From IMG/VR virus record IMGVR_UViG_2663762886_000011: 57,853 nucleotides of DNA; one strand, written 5' to 3'. How positions within the stretch are numbered: position 1 is the stretch's first letter; each line of letters begins with the position of its first letter. Positions 1 to 10,564 of the stretch are shown here, in pieces. This DNA comes from a virus (taxonomy: Duplodnaviria > Heunggongvirae > Uroviricota > Caudoviricetes). The notes under the pieces are model-generated. The model saw only the letters and a program-made list of their open reading frames with translations, searched no databases and was not told where the DNA came from. Position numbers and translations under genes: made by a program.

Positions 1-1236
1 CTACGATAACCGCGCATTCAACATGGCTACCTGTTCGTCGTTCATGTCATCAATCCACATACCGTAAATTTCATACACCATCTGCGCAGTTTCATGCCCC
101 ATCTGGCTGGCTATAAACGCCGGGTTCGCTCCTGCCGTCAACAGCCAGCAGGCAAAAGTATGCCGCGTATGGTACGGATTACGGCGGCGAATACCAGCAC
201 GTTTTACTGCTGCATTCCATCTCGCACCCAAACTGCTTACCGAGTAATAAGGTTTCTGTTTTCCGTTACACACTCTGGGCATGAAAACAAAATGCAGTTT
301 TTGCTTTTCGGTTCTGCCGTACTCCCGATGATAAAAAGTGATTTCGCTTTTGCGATGATGCCCGGTCAGTTTGTATTGCTCCTTCAGTGCTTCAAGAGCA
401 GGCTGCAGTAGTGTTACCGTCCGGATCCCCGCATTTGTTTTTGGGGGACCGAACATATCCAGTATCGTCAGGTTTCTTCTGACATTCACAACTCCCTTCT
501 CGAAATCCACATCCTCCCACGCCAGAGCAGCCAGTTCCCCGTGACGAAGCCCGGAGTATACGGCAAATTTCCACAAGTTCTGGCTCTGTCCTTTTTCACT
601 TTCCATTAATGCATTGAATTCTGTTTTAGATAACGGGTCAGGCTTTATTCTGTTTCTCTGTAATTTCTTTACTCCTTCAAATGGTTTGGTTGATATAAAT
701 CCCGACTGATACGCAAAACGTAACAACGAACAGAGCAGGGCGATATAGTTATCAACTGTGCGCACGGTTCTTCCTTTTTTGTTGGATCTTGGATTATCCA
801 GGTAAAGCGTTTCTCCATGCAGCAGTTCATTCCGGTAGTTTAAGATATCGCTATAACGAATATGCGATATCGGAGTACTCTCACAAATTATTATCCTGAG
901 TGTTTTTAATTGTGATTTCGTTTTCTTCATTGTGTTTGTTGTTAACTCTGTTTCTTTAATTTTTGTCCAGATATCACAAAGCTCCCCGAACGTTTTTATG
1001 ACCCTCGTTGTCACCATTTTTGCCCCAGTGCTGGACTGGGGAAAACGTCTTAAATACTCAAACTCACCGGAATTGATTTCATGAACTATCAACGCTCTTA
1101 AATTCCCGGCTTTTTTAATGTTACTGTTAGTAACCTCCCAGCCTTTCAATGTTTCCCGACATCGTTTTCCTCGAAACATGAACCAGATGCGAATGTATTT
1201 ACCTCGAATCTCGACACCTGTTGGTAATTTAGACAT
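1..1236 (-). CDS. intR: Prophage integrase, tyrosine recombinase, 411 aa
   Basis: Complete minus-strand ORF whose stop abuts the window edge; translation matches Rac-type integrase as I recall it; excisionase gene lies immediately upstream as in lambdoid int-xis modules. Confidence 0.9.
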   Translation of the reverse strand: MSKLPTGVEIRGKYIRIWFMFRGKRCRETLKGWEVTNSNIKKAGNLRALIVHEINSGEFEYLRRFPQSSTGAKMVTTRVIKTFGELCDIWTKIKETELTTNTMKKTKSQLKTLRIIICESTPISHIRYSDILNYRNELLHGETLYLDNPRSNKKGRTVRTVDNYIALLCSLLRFAYQSGFISTKPFEGVKKLQRNRIKPDPLSKTEFNALMESEKGQSQNLWKFAVYSGLRHGELAALAWEDVDFEKGVVNVRRNLTILDMFGPPKTNAGIRTVTLLQPALEALKEQYKLTGHHRKSEITFYHREYGRTEKQKLHFVFMPRVCNGKQKPYYSVSSLGARWNAAVKRAGIRRRNPYHTRHTFACWLLTAGANPAFIASQMGHETAQMVYEIYGMWIDDMNDEQVAMLNARLS

Positions 1237-1237
1237 A

Positions 1238-1453
1238 TCATGAGTCTTTGATAAACTGATTTATCTTTGGATAGTTATACCAGATAATCCCTCGCTTACT
1301 GTCTGGCTTCCCTAAAGGAGATACTCGTTTGAAGTGGAAGCCTTCCACCCAACAGTTCTGGCGGTATGCTTCAATTTGTCTGGCCCCCAGACCAGTGCGA
1401 AGCATCAGGCCGTATTCAACCATCCACTCTTCATTAAAGATTACTTGTGCCAT
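1238..1453 (-). CDS. ydaQ: Excisionase-like protein, 71 aa
   Basis: Small ORF upstream of int, start taken at internal Met ([10 protein letters not shown]...); length and position match Rac ydaQ/xis. Confidence 0.75.
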   Translation of the reverse strand: MAQVIFNEEWMVEYGLMLRTGLGARQIEAYRQNCWVEGFHFKRVSPLGKPDSKRGIIWYNYPKINQFIKDS

Positions 1454-1552
1454 CGCATCACCTCTGGCAGGCGCCAATGTTAGACTTAAATTGACGCCCG
1501 ATGTTGATTATTAATAATCAGCTATGAAGTTTTAATTTGAATACAATGCAAT

Positions 1553-1741
1553 TCACGAGGACTGAAGTTTCTCGCAATTAAAATTTATCAGTTTTACTTT
1601 CTGCTCTCTGGAAACGCCTGCTTCTTTTTTACCTGAGAGCATTTTTTCGCATTCTGATTTCGTTAGTTTAGATTTTGAATATCTTGTCCAGTTAGTAGGA
1701 GTGCCACCTTCCTTTTCAATAGTGGCGGTAATTTTATACAT
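1553..1741 (-). CDS. Small Rac early-left protein, YdaC-like
   Basis: Track ORF 1553-1813; start placed at internal ATG (MYKITATIEKEGG...) that overlaps the ralR stop; upstream extension of the track ORF is the ralR 3' region read in another frame. Confidence 0.5.
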   Translation of the reverse strand: MYKITATIEKEGGTPTNWTRYSKSKLTKSECEKMLSGKKEAGVSREQKVKLINFNCEKLQSS

Positions 1742-1928
1742 GAACACCTCCATTATTATTTCCAGTGGTTCGTTTATTTCATCGTTCGAGTGCTTCTTTT
1801 TCACTTCCACCATAACCGGTTCGGGATTCGCATCCGTTACACTTCGCTCGGTAATATCCTGAAATGGCTTTCACCGTTACTGATGGACAACCACAAAATG
1901 GACATGGTTTAACATTGTCATATCTCAT
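1734..1928 (-). pseudogene. ralR: Restriction alleviation protein RalR/Lar, interrupted by in-frame TGA
   Basis: Complement translation gives MRYDNVKPCPFCGCPSVTVKAISGYYRAKCNGCESRTGYGGSEKEALER, then TGA (1779-1781), then in-frame NKRTTGNNNGGVHV and stop; reads as RalR with Trp codon changed to opal. Confidence 0.6.
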
Positions 1929-1983
1929 AATTTTTCTCATAAAAATATTTCAAGTTGGCGGTGCATTACACCGCCAGGCTGAA

Positions 1984-2793
1984 TTATTCCTCTGAATTAT
2001 CGATTACACTGTATTCCCCGGTTAATACAGAGGAATCTGCAGGATCGATTGTCAGTGGTTCCTTTTCATCCATTGATACTGCACGCTGGATCTCAATTGA
2101 TACGGGCAGATATTTGAACAGGCGACGAATAGCCGTTTTCTTTGCCATTTCTTCCCAGTGAGTTACCCACGGCCCGTTATTACCAGCTTTACTCTGGCTG
2201 CGCACCAGCTCAATCTGTTTGCGCGTCATAACTTCAAACTGAGTACCTCCGTCTTTCAGTCTTGCGACAGCATAGACGTGGGTAACAGGGGCATCTTCGT
2301 TTTCTCCTGGGCGGTGTATTAACTTTTCATCAAGGCCAAATTCGAAATTAAACTCGTCACCTTCACGGACAACACGGGCTGACAGGCTGGCGATTTGACC
2401 TGAACGGCGAGCCAGATCAATCATGCCGCGATAGCCAATGATTAGCTGAACGTTTTTTTTACCGCTCTTTTCGTTTTTATTACCAAAAGGCAGTAAATAT
2501 GCATGACCGAGGGCGCTACCGGGCTCAAGTCCGAGCTGTGAACACTGTACGATTGCACTGACAAAACTCATAGTGTCACAGTTTCCTAACGCCGGAACTT
2601 TACGAATTTCTGTGGTGGCGATACGGATCATACGTTCAGCCGTCATATGGCGTGGAAGAGCTGCTGCCAGTTGCTCTTTCATTGATGGCTGGTTAATAAA
2701 ACTAATCACGTCGTTATTTTTAATTGCTGCTGGTGCACGGTTTCCCTGAGTTTTTTGCAGATCGGCTTTTGCGATTGGTGGTTGCTTAGTCAT
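1984..2793 (-). CDS. recT: Recombinase RecT, single-strand annealing protein, 269 aa
   Basis: Translation from [17 protein letters not shown]... matches RecT; immediately downstream of recE with 8-nt overlap. Confidence 0.9.
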   Translation of the reverse strand: MTKQPPIAKADLQKTQGNRAPAAIKNNDVISFINQPSMKEQLAAALPRHMTAERMIRIATTEIRKVPALGNCDTMSFVSAIVQCSQLGLEPGSALGHAYLLPFGNKNEKSGKKNVQLIIGYRGMIDLARRSGQIASLSARVVREGDEFNFEFGLDEKLIHRPGENEDAPVTHVYAVARLKDGGTQFEVMTRKQIELVRSQSKAGNNGPWVTHWEEMAKKTAIRRLFKYLPVSIEIQRAVSMDEKEPLTIDPADSSVLTGEYSVIDNSEE

Positions 2794-5386
2794 TTGCATA
2801 TTCCTTAGCCCAGCGGGGCAGTGATAACGTCTTAATAGCTGGCCATTCATCGGTATTGAGGCAGTCAGCCAGGGTTCGCAGATTGCGGTGATATTCCAGC
2901 TGACCTGCCAGTTTTGCTTCTTCGCCCATCATGAAAATTTCAACCGGATAACGTCCGCATTCAATAGTTGTGCTGGCAACCAGAAAAACGAAAGTTGGCT
3001 GCACTCCAAACTGTGCTTCATAACCGTCACTGTAGAATGCATCCTGAACGTGATAGCGGTAGTCGTAATAAGCGGTTTTGAATCGTTGAATATCCGCCGT
3101 AGTTTTCACGTCCATGATCCAGTGAAATTCAGGGATAATTTTGTCCGGACGGCACCGACACAAAATTGCTGTTTCAGGATCTTCCCAGTAAATTGATGAT
3201 TCAGCGTGTCCGGCGCTTTCAACAAGCCATTGCCCCAGCGGCAAAGCCATAACGCTCTGATACATGAGTTCAATTTTCCGGCCTTCTTCGGCAGTGATAA
3301 CCGTTTTTCCTGTGCTTGCGCATTCCCTCAGAAACGCTTTCTCTTCTTCTTTTCCGGAGTTTGTCCGGCGGTTAAATTCAGGTGCTACGATAAAGCGGTT
3401 ACTGAATTCTTCCGGCTCAAGTACCCGGCAGTGGAAAGCGGTTCCTAAATCGAGCGTTTTTGTCTTTGTGGTGTCCACGGGGGCATTTTTACGCCACAAA
3501 TACAGTGCCGGAGTATCAGCAATGTCATCGAGCTGAGACTTACTGACACCGGGACCCGCGTGGTAATTCTCATTCGAAATTCCGTAATAAATACCTGGCT
3601 CTATGTCTTCTACGATTACGGGATCTGCGACTTCGCCAGTTTCATCACTGCAATCGCGATGCGGATCGCTGCCAGCATTCTCATTGTGCGGATGTTCAGC
3701 GCCTTCCATTTCCTCCGGATCATTTTCCTTAGCTTCAACCTGACTCTCTTCATCGAATGTTTCCTGGTATGTTGCGTCGCCCATCACCGCACCACAGTCA
3801 GGGCAGTTATCCCCGCCAGTCTGGCCGCAGGCATTGCAGGCTATTTCCGGTTCCTGTTGCACTACTGGCTCAGGTTGATTCATATCCGGGCTGGTTTTTT
3901 CCGTTTCTGGCTGGTTCTGGTACACACAATCGCGAGTCTGGATCCCCTTTACCCATTTCGGATCGTTCGGGTCGCTAATTCCGTCAACAAATTCACCACG
4001 TGATGCAGCAAGCAATTTATCGGCATCGACAGGATTTTTTGATGGAATGTTTTTCCGGGCTTCATGGAGTTCTGCCCGCAGTTCCTGATATTTCGCATCA
4101 ACAGAATTTACCTGTGACTGAGCATCCAGCGGCTGCGTGTCCTGATGATGTTCAGTTGCGTCCGGTTCCATTGTTTCAGCCTCTCCCTGTTCAACTGCCG
4201 TTGTTCCAGATGGTTGCGGTTTTTCTTCATCATCCTGTTTTCCTTCTTCTGTTACTCGCTGCGGCATCGGGGCAGAGGAGCGACCGCAGGCAATATCCAC
4301 GATTTCCGGATCAGGGTTGGCATGATCGGTTTCAGTCAGTACTTTGTTCAGATATTCAGTGACGTGCGCGGGGATGACCTCGATCCCAATTGGTGCTTCT
4401 TTTACGGACGCAACCACGATGGCGCGGGAATAATCCAGCCCGCCAGGCATGGTGATGAATTTGTCGCGGAAAACAGAAAAGGGCGGTTTATTTTCAGCGA
4501 TAATTTCCTCAATGCGTTTAGCGTGTGCCGGATGAAGGTTATAGATGTCCAGATCCATTGAACGGGCCAGTACGCCAGTGGCTACGTCCCGCGCCAGTGA
4601 CGTCAGATCGTGTACGAAACCTTCGCCGCGATCGGTGAGGTTTCCGCCGCCAGCATTAGCACCGGAAGCCGTGCGAGTGATGTGTGAAACACGATTACCC
4701 TTCATCCACTCTTTTGTCAGCAGTCCTCGATCGGTGTAGTCAGCGTTCAGGTATGCTTCGAAAAAAGCAGTTATCAGTCCCAGGTTTGAATTACCAGGAT
4801 TAGGGAAAACTTTGTCAGTGTCACGAACCAGTTTGTGGAGTTCGCGAATTTCCAGCGGGTCGAGCAGGCTGGTTTTGTGGGAAACAGCCAGGGCAGTAAC
4901 AGCCGGTAGTTCTTCAGCCCGAGCAATGTGTAATGCCTGGAGTCCGTCGCGTGAAACGTGCGTTACCGGTTTTTCGCTGCCGTGTTGAGCAAGCCAACGA
5001 ATGGGCAGTTCCTGGCCAGAAATTGGGAGTAGCATATTCTCCTCAATCTCAGTCATGTCTTCGCCGTTGACGTTGGTATTGCCTTGATAGTGAGCGTTGT
5101 CTGGTGCTGCTCCCGGTTTTAGTTCCCATGTCATGGAGTCTTTGCTGAGTTGATAGCGTTCACTCCAGGTAAAATCGATCTCACCTTCAGCGGGCAGGTC
5201 ATTAACGACAGGAAAATTCGTGGCAACAGCTTTAAAATAGCTGCTCAGTTTTTTACCTGACTTAACGATCAGGTAGTCCAGAGTGGCACAGGTCGATTCA
5301 AAATCGTTGCTTGCCCACAGGACGACGTCAGGTTCACCGGATGATTTTTTCGCTTTCCGTAACAGGAAGAGTGGTTTTGTGCTCAT
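2786..5386 (-). CDS. recE: Exodeoxyribonuclease VIII RecE, 866 aa
   Basis: 866-aa ORF with RecE-like sequence and length, upstream of recT. Confidence 0.9.
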   Translation of the reverse strand: MSTKPLFLLRKAKKSSGEPDVVLWASNDFESTCATLDYLIVKSGKKLSSYFKAVATNFPVVNDLPAEGEIDFTWSERYQLSKDSMTWELKPGAAPDNAHYQGNTNVNGEDMTEIEENMLLPISGQELPIRWLAQHGSEKPVTHVSRDGLQALHIARAEELPAVTALAVSHKTSLLDPLEIRELHKLVRDTDKVFPNPGNSNLGLITAFFEAYLNADYTDRGLLTKEWMKGNRVSHITRTASGANAGGGNLTDRGEGFVHDLTSLARDVATGVLARSMDLDIYNLHPAHAKRIEEIIAENKPPFSVFRDKFITMPGGLDYSRAIVVASVKEAPIGIEVIPAHVTEYLNKVLTETDHANPDPEIVDIACGRSSAPMPQRVTEEGKQDDEEKPQPSGTTAVEQGEAETMEPDATEHHQDTQPLDAQSQVNSVDAKYQELRAELHEARKNIPSKNPVDADKLLAASRGEFVDGISDPNDPKWVKGIQTRDCVYQNQPETEKTSPDMNQPEPVVQQEPEIACNACGQTGGDNCPDCGAVMGDATYQETFDEESQVEAKENDPEEMEGAEHPHNENAGSDPHRDCSDETGEVADPVIVEDIEPGIYYGISNENYHAGPGVSKSQLDDIADTPALYLWRKNAPVDTTKTKTLDLGTAFHCRVLEPEEFSNRFIVAPEFNRRTNSGKEEEKAFLRECASTGKTVITAEEGRKIELMYQSVMALPLGQWLVESAGHAESSIYWEDPETAILCRCRPDKIIPEFHWIMDVKTTADIQRFKTAYYDYRYHVQDAFYSDGYEAQFGVQPTFVFLVASTTIECGRYPVEIFMMGEEAKLAGQLEYHRNLRTLADCLNTDEWPAIKTLSLPRWAKEYAND

Positions 5387-5487
5387 TGTTTTTTAACCTC
5401 AACTCAGATTAAAATTCGTTTTGTTCAGTGAATGATCTTGCCGGATACACACTGTTCATAGCCTGCGCCATACGCAGGCTATTTCTT

Positions 5488-5763
5488 TCAGATTTCACCT
5501 TTTAATTTCATTGCAATTAGAGTTGCCAGAAATTCGGCTTTTTTTTCTGCGGGCAGATTCTTTCCGATATGCACCAGGCACATTTTTTTGACACCTTCAT
5601 CAAGTGTTTTTACGTTGCCTGATGGACCATCGATATCAACCACAGTGAATGGGGTTTCTTTATTTTCTGTTTTAATTACGTAGCCAATGCGCTTTCCTTC
5701 CAGATTCACCTCGTGAACAATGTCATCGGTAGTTACAACAGTGGCTTCATAATTGGTAATCAT
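5488..5763 (-). CDS. racC: RacC protein, 91 aa
   Basis: Start at internal Met (MITNYEATVVTTDD...); position between recE and kilR as in Rac. Confidence 0.75.
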   Translation of the reverse strand: MITNYEATVVTTDDIVHEVNLEGKRIGYVIKTENKETPFTVVDIDGPSGNVKTLDEGVKKMCLVHIGKNLPAEKKAEFLATLIAMKLKGEI

Positions 5764-5837
5764 GTTTTTCTCCTTAATTAAGGTTGAGCGAATACCTGCC
5801 ATTTCTGGCATAAATTCAGTTTCGAATAGTCAATTAA

Positions 5838-6008
5838 TTAAAGTTCATGTGCCATCTGGTCTTTTTCGGCACAAGCTTCACTGCAATATTTTCTCGGTTC
5901 GTCTTTTGATAAAATCCCGTGCATGAAGTGAAGCATTCTTTCAATAGCTTTGCTTTCTTCAACGTCTTTTTTGCAAAGGTGGTAAGCACATTTTATTTTC
6001 TTAGTCAT
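5838..6008 (-). CDS. ydaE: Small Cys-rich protein YdaE, 56 aa
   Basis: Not in ORF track (under 60 aa); complement translation [56 protein letters not shown]; ATG directly follows kilR stop. Confidence 0.6.
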   Translation of the reverse strand: MTKKIKCAYHLCKKDVEESKAIERMLHFMHGILSKDEPRKYCSEACAEKDQMAHEL

Positions 6009-6229
6009 CACCATGACTCCGCCTTTACAGGTAAACCATCACGACCGAGGAAGACTTTAATCATGCGGTCAGTAATGCATGTTTTTGTGGTCAGGTTACG
6101 AATATATAGTTTTCGCTTTTTAATATTGTTTGCCGAGGCAATATATGTCCGGCCTTCATGAAGAACATAATCGCCAGGAGTCACACACTGACGTGGTATT
6201 TCATCAGTTCCGAAGTGATGTGCAATCAT
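6008..6229 (-). CDS. kilR: FtsZ inhibitor KilR, 73 aa
   Basis: Translation from [26 protein letters not shown]... matches KilR; track ORF trimmed to internal Met. Confidence 0.8.
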   Translation of the reverse strand: MIAHHFGTDEIPRQCVTPGDYVLHEGRTYIASANNIKKRKLYIRNLTTKTCITDRMIKVFLGRDGLPVKAESW

Positions 6230-6670
6230 AATTATCTCCATTTTTACAAATGAACTTTGTTGATGCGGTGCCTGGTGCCTCCAGGTGACTGCAACCAGTT
6301 AACAATTACAGTCGGCTTTCCCACCCAAACCAATAAGGACTAACATGACTTTTAACTGTGCCACGTGCGCTTAGCCGCATTCACCGCATCACAAAATTCA
6401 CTTTAAAAAGGGCGGACATCAGCCGAACTTCAAGAAAAAAACTGATGCCGCCAGGACTACACACAGCAATGTCGTTATTTACAACCGGAGGCGCACTCCC
6501 ACCATTTAAATTTAACAGACAAGACCGACTCTTTATGGATATCGGAAATGCGCCTTCGTGTTGTGCCCGGTTTTATTTCACCACCTCCGGGCTTCGGTGG
6601 TCTCGGCTATACCCCTACAGCGAGAGCTTGTGTTAACATTTCAATACCCTTACAGTTGAGAGTTATTGAT

Positions 6671-7159
6671 ATGTTGGATGTATTTACTCCATTGTTGAAA
6701 CTTTTTGCTAACGAGCCACTCGAAATACTTATGTATACGATTATCATTTTTGGTCTCACTCTCTGGCTGATACCGAAAGAGTTTACTGTCGCATTCAATG
6801 CTTATACTGAAATACCTTGGCTCTTTCAGATTATCGTTTTTGCCTTTTCTTTCGTGGTCGCCATTTCCTTCTCAAGATTGCGAGCACATATTCAAAAGCA
6901 TTATTCATTACTACCAGAGCAACGAGTATTGCTTCGTTTATCTGAGAAAGAAATCGCTGTATTTAAAGATTTCCTTAAAACAGGAAATCTTATTATCACT
7001 TCTCCTTGCCGTAACCCGGTTATGAAAAAATTAGAACGGAAGGGCATCATTCAACATCAGAGTGATAGCGCAAACTGTTCTTATTATCTCGTCACCGAAA
7101 AATACTCCCATTTTATGAAGTTATTCTGGAACAGCAGGAGTAGACGTTTTAATCGTTAG
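6671..7159 (+). CDS. sieB: Superinfection exclusion protein SieB, 162 aa
   Basis: Start at MLDVFTPLLKLF...; hydrophobic N-terminal region; matches SieB family. Confidence 0.8.
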   Translation: MLDVFTPLLKLFANEPLEILMYTIIIFGLTLWLIPKEFTVAFNAYTEIPWLFQIIVFAFSFVVAISFSRLRAHIQKHYSLLPEQRVLLRLSEKEIAVFKDFLKTGNLIITSPCRNPVMKKLERKGIIQHQSDSANCSYYLVTEKYSHFMKLFWNSRSRRFNR

Positions 7160-7321
7160 CTTACTGTGTGCTTCTCCAACCATCGGCGCGCACCAGTTTC
7201 GGTTTTAAATGTTTTGCTTTTGGTATACGTCATGGCAGTGAACGTTCCATCCTGGTTGGGGAACACGCCGCACACCAGGGATTCGTTGTTGCCGAGGTCG
7301 ATTTTTTGCATTTTGCGAATC

Positions 7322-7456
7322 TCACATCTTGTTGCTGTGTATAGCGACTTCTGCCTGCCAGAGATCCCAGTCGTTGCTGCGTAAAGCCTGCACAGCCTGG
7401 TTGTAAGTGATACCGCAACAATCCATCAAATACTGAACTACTTCGTAATGCACCAT
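7322..7456 (-). CDS. ydaF: DUF1391 small protein YdaF
   Basis: Start at MVHYEVVQYLMDCCGITYNQ... with SD AAGGGGAGAG 5 nt upstream. Confidence 0.65.
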   Translation of the reverse strand: MVHYEVVQYLMDCCGITYNQAVQALRSNDWDLWQAEVAIHSNKM

Positions 7457-7647
7457 CTTATCTCTCCCCTTAACGCCGGGTGGCGGAACTGAAACCTGCT
7501 GCACTGCAAAATCTGAACCCTGCCGTCATGTTCATACGCCTCGGGCTGGCTACTTAACCCCTGACCACTGCCTGGTAACTCGAAGTATTGCCCTGCGTTC
7601 TGTGGGGCGGGGTGGGTTGGTAGGTATATAATGTACTTTGTGTTCAT
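7438..7647 (-). CDS. Hypothetical small protein (ydaG position)
   Basis: Track ORF only; start uncertain; lies between operator region and ydaF. Confidence 0.3.
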   Translation of the reverse strand: MNTKYIIYLPTHPAPQNAGQYFELPGSGQGLSSQPEAYEHDGRVQILQCSRFQFRHPALRGEIRWCITK

Positions 7648-7675
7648 TGATGTAAAGTACTATAAGTACATTTTG
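7625..7675 (-). promoter_or_regulatory. OL-like operator/promoter: nested inverted repeats with ATGTACT half-sites
   Basis: AATGTACTTTG ... AAAGTACT ... AGTACATT arranged as inverted repeats; on the minus strand overlaps TTTACA and ATTATAT -35/-10-like hexamers directed leftward. Confidence 0.5.
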
Positions 7676-7746
7676 TGTGTAAAAAAATGAGATGGGATAA
7701 AGTGAAGCACAAACCCGGAGGGGGACGCTACCGGATTTATGCTGGT

Positions 7747-8184
7747 TTAAGAGGCTTTTTGTTTTTTCTTTCGTGCTAGCTCTTCGTAAATTGCATTGTA
7801 CTTCTGTTTTTTCTCCTCAAGAGTTTTTAAAAGTTCATCTGTCTCACTGTCAGGGAGCTCGTCCAGAAGGTCAATGATGATTTTTTGTCTTGGATTTAAC
7901 TCCTGATAGAAACGTACCTGTCCACTTTCTTCTGTATCCTCTCCCAAAAGATAGGTTGGTGTTGTTCCAATGAGTGTTGCTAATTCCCTTAATTTCTCTC
8001 GGCGAGGAATTGTTTCGCCATTAAACCATTTGCTAACCGCTTTTGGTGTTAATTTCATTCGACGGGCAATTTCTGCCTGCCTTCCATGTTGTTCATAACC
8101 AGCGTTTTCACAGGCTAGCGCAAGCCTACTGGCGAACTCTTTACGCGCTTTATCTTCATGAACCATAAGTTCAATGATATTCAC
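7747..8184 (-). CDS. racR: Prophage repressor RacR, CI-like HTH protein
   Basis: ORF divergent from ydaS with HTH-like region (GRQAEIARRMKLTPKAVSKWFNG); exact start uncertain. Confidence 0.75.
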   Translation of the reverse strand: MNIIELMVHEDKARKEFASRLALACENAGYEQHGRQAEIARRMKLTPKAVSKWFNGETIPRREKLRELATLIGTTPTYLLGEDTEESGQVRFYQELNPRQKIIIDLLDELPDSETDELLKTLEEKKQKYNAIYEELARKKKQKAS

Positions 8185-8245
8185 TCTTGAATGTACTGTC
8201 AGTTCTGTTATAGCATGTACTCAAAGTTCACATTGTGAGGGTGAT
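8185..8245. promoter_or_regulatory. OR-like divergent operator region between racR and ydaS
   Basis: Two copies of ATGTACT-containing half-sites (GAATGTACTG, GCATGTACTC), the same motif as in the OL-like region. Confidence 0.5.
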
Positions 8246-8500
8246 ATGAACCAGAAAACACTTGAAGATGTAATCAAAACTGTTCGCGTTTCTGTTGTGG
8301 CCGACGTTTGTGGTGTCAGCCAAAGAGCAATCTACAAATGGATGGATAACGGAAAATTGCCTCGCACAGAATATACCGGCGAAACAAATTACGCTGAAAA
8401 AATCGCTCATGCATCAAACGGATTATTTTCTGCTGATGTAATTTTAACTATTGGCAGAAATAAAACTACTACGAAAAAGCTGATGGGAGTTGATTCATGA
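8246..8500 (+). CDS. ydaS: Cro-like HTH protein YdaS
   Basis: Divergent from racR; start placed at MNQKTLEDV... to avoid overlap with racR start; true start uncertain. Confidence 0.65.
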   Translation: MNQKTLEDVIKTVRVSVVADVCGVSQRAIYKWMDNGKLPRTEYTGETNYAEKIAHASNGLFSADVILTIGRNKTTTKKLMGVDS

Positions 8501-8919
8501 AAATCAAGCATGAGCACATCGAGTCAGTGTTGTTAGCCCTGGCAGCCGAAAAAGGGCAGGCATGGGTAGCCAATGCCATTACTGAAGAATATCTGCGCCA
8601 GGGGGGCGGCGAATTGCCCCTGGTACCAGGCAAGGACTGGAATAATCAGCAGAATATCTATCACCGTTGGTTGAAAGGTGAAACGAAAACGCAAAGAGAA
8701 AAAATTCAGAAGCTGATCCCAGCAATTCTGGCAATCCTTCCGCGCGAGCTGCGTCACCGACTCTGCATCTTCGATACCCTGGAACGCCGTGCATTACTGG
8801 CGGCGCAGGAAGCGTTAAGTACGGCAATTGATGCGCATGATGATGCAGTCCAAGCCGTTTACCGGAAAGCGCATTTCAGCGGCGGCGGGTCTTCCGACGA
8901 TTCTGTCATTGTTCATTAA
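8497..8919 (+). CDS. ydaT: YdaT protein, 140 aa
   Basis: Overlapping start with ydaS stop; sequence MKIKHEHIESVLLALAAEKGQAW... matches YdaT. Confidence 0.75.
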   Translation: MKIKHEHIESVLLALAAEKGQAWVANAITEEYLRQGGGELPLVPGKDWNNQQNIYHRWLKGETKTQREKIQKLIPAILAILPRELRHRLCIFDTLERRALLAAQEALSTAIDAHDDAVQAVYRKAHFSGGGSSDDSVIVH

Positions 8920-8931
8920 GCAAAAGTTTCC

Positions 8932-9789
8932 ATGCTGTTTGTGCTTATTCTAAGCCACCGGGCAGCATCATACGGGGCAATTATGGCCGCATTACCATAC
9001 ATGCAACTGTACATAGCTGATTACCTGGCTGACACCATGCATTTGTCAGCAGAGGAGCATGGTGCGTATTTGTTGCTGATGTTCAATTACTGGCAAACAG
9101 GAAAGCCAATACCTAAAAACAGGCTGGCAAAAATTGCCCGTCTGACTAACGAGCGATGGGCTGATGTTGAACCATCCTTGCAGGAGTTTTTTTGCGATAA
9201 CGGCGAGGAATGGGTGCATCTTCGGATTGAGGAAGATCTGGCATCAGTCAGGGAAAAATTAACCAAAAAATCAGCCGCAGGAAAAGCATCTGTTCAGGCC
9301 AGAAGAAGCAGAAAGGAAGCAGATGTTCAAACAAAACAAGAGAGAAATTTAACAGGTGTTCAAACAGATGTTGAAGTGGTGTTTGAACATGATGTCAACA
9401 CAAAGGCAACTAATAAAGATACAGATAAAGATCTAAAAACAGATCCCCCCCTAAATCCCCCCCGGGGGAATCGAGGTGTCAAAAAGTTTGACCCTCTGGA
9501 TATTGCTTTGCCGAACTGGATTTCTGTCTCGCTTTGGCGTGAGTGGGTTGAATTTCGCCAGGCATTGCGAAAACCGATTCGAACGGAGCAGGGCGCTAAC
9601 GGGGCGATACGGGAACTGGAAAAATTCCGTCAGCAGGGTTTTACACCTGAGCAGGTGATTCGACACAGCATCGCCAATGAATACCAGGGCTTGTTCGCGC
9701 CGAAAGGTGTTCGACCTGAGACGTTACTCCGACAGGTTAACACCGTCTCGTTACCGGATAGTGCGATCCCGCCAGGCTTCAGGGGGTAA
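8932..9789 (+). CDS. ydaU: DUF1376 replication-associated protein YdaU
   Basis: 285-aa ORF; alternative start at MAALPYMQLYIADYLADT (8983) fits the DUF1376 N-terminus. Confidence 0.75.
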   Translation: MLFVLILSHRAASYGAIMAALPYMQLYIADYLADTMHLSAEEHGAYLLLMFNYWQTGKPIPKNRLAKIARLTNERWADVEPSLQEFFCDNGEEWVHLRIEEDLASVREKLTKKSAAGKASVQARRSRKEADVQTKQERNLTGVQTDVEVVFEHDVNTKATNKDTDKDLKTDPPLNPPRGNRGVKKFDPLDIALPNWISVSLWREWVEFRQALRKPIRTEQGANGAIRELEKFRQQGFTPEQVIRHSIANEYQGLFAPKGVRPETLLRQVNTVSLPDSAIPPGFRG

Positions 9790-9795
9790 CTGACC

Positions 9796-10542
9796 ATGAA
9801 AAATATTGCGACAGGCGACGTTCTTGAACGTATCCGCAGACTGGCCCCGTCACATGTAACCGCGCCATTCAAGACGGTAGCGGAGTGGCGCGAGTGGCAA
9901 CTTTCCGAAGGCCAGAAACGTTGTGAGGAGATCAACCGTCAGAATCGTCAGTTGCGGGTGGAAAAAATTCTGAATCGCTCAGGCATCCAGCCATTGCACC
10001 GCAAATGCTCGTTTTCGAATTACCAGGTGCAGAACGAAGCGCAGCGATACGCGTTGAGTCAGGCGAAATCCATCGCTGATGAACTGATGACCGGGTGTAC
10101 AAATTTTGCGTTCAGCGGAAAACCTGGTACCGGGAAGAACCACTTAGCGGCAGCTATCGGGAATCGCCTGCTGAAAGACGGTCAGACAGTGATTGTGGTT
10201 ACCGTGGCTGATGTTATGAGTGCCCTGCACGCCAGCTATGACGATGGGCAGTCAGGCGAAAAATTTTTGCGGGAACTATGCGAAGTGGATCTGCTGGTTC
10301 TTGATGAAATTGGCATTCAGCGCGAGACGAAAAACGAGCAGGTGGTGCTGCACCAGATTGTTGATCGCCGGACAGCGTCGATGCGCAGCGTGGGGATGCT
10401 GACAAACCTGAACTATGAGGCCATGAAAACATTGCTCGGCGAGCGGATTATGGATCGCATGACCATGAACGGCGGGCGATGGGTGAATTTTAACTGGGAG
10501 AGCTGGCGTCCGAATGTCGTCCAGCCAGGAATTGAGAAGTAA
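9796..10542 (+). CDS. ydaV: DnaC/IstB-like replication ATPase YdaV
   Basis: Walker A GKPGTGKN and Walker B LLVLDEIG motifs in translation. Confidence 0.85.
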   Translation: MKNIATGDVLERIRRLAPSHVTAPFKTVAEWREWQLSEGQKRCEEINRQNRQLRVEKILNRSGIQPLHRKCSFSNYQVQNEAQRYALSQAKSIADELMTGCTNFAFSGKPGTGKNHLAAAIGNRLLKDGQTVIVVTVADVMSALHASYDDGQSGEKFLRELCEVDLLVLDEIGIQRETKNEQVVLHQIVDRRTASMRSVGMLTNLNYEAMKTLLGERIMDRMTMNGGRWVNFNWESWRPNVVQPGIEK

Positions 10543-10564
10543 TTTTTACCGGGAGGAAATTTTT

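Noticed and set aside
94-574. ORFs 94-411 (+) and 392-574 (-) inside the integrase gene
   Set aside because: Overlap the well-supported integrase frame; likely non-coding frames.
2888-4739. Series of plus-strand ORFs (2888-3196, 3206-3536, 3560-4003, 4000-4561, 4545-4739)
   Set aside because: All lie antisense within the 866-aa recE gene; no start signals and no recognisable products; treated as shadow ORFs.
6358-6636. 92-aa plus-strand ORF between kilR and sieB
   Set aside because: Lies in the regulatory spacer with hairpin structures, has no SD and odd composition; likely non-coding.
8533-8827. Minus-strand ORFs overlapping ydaT
   Set aside because: Antisense to a conserved gene with no independent signals.
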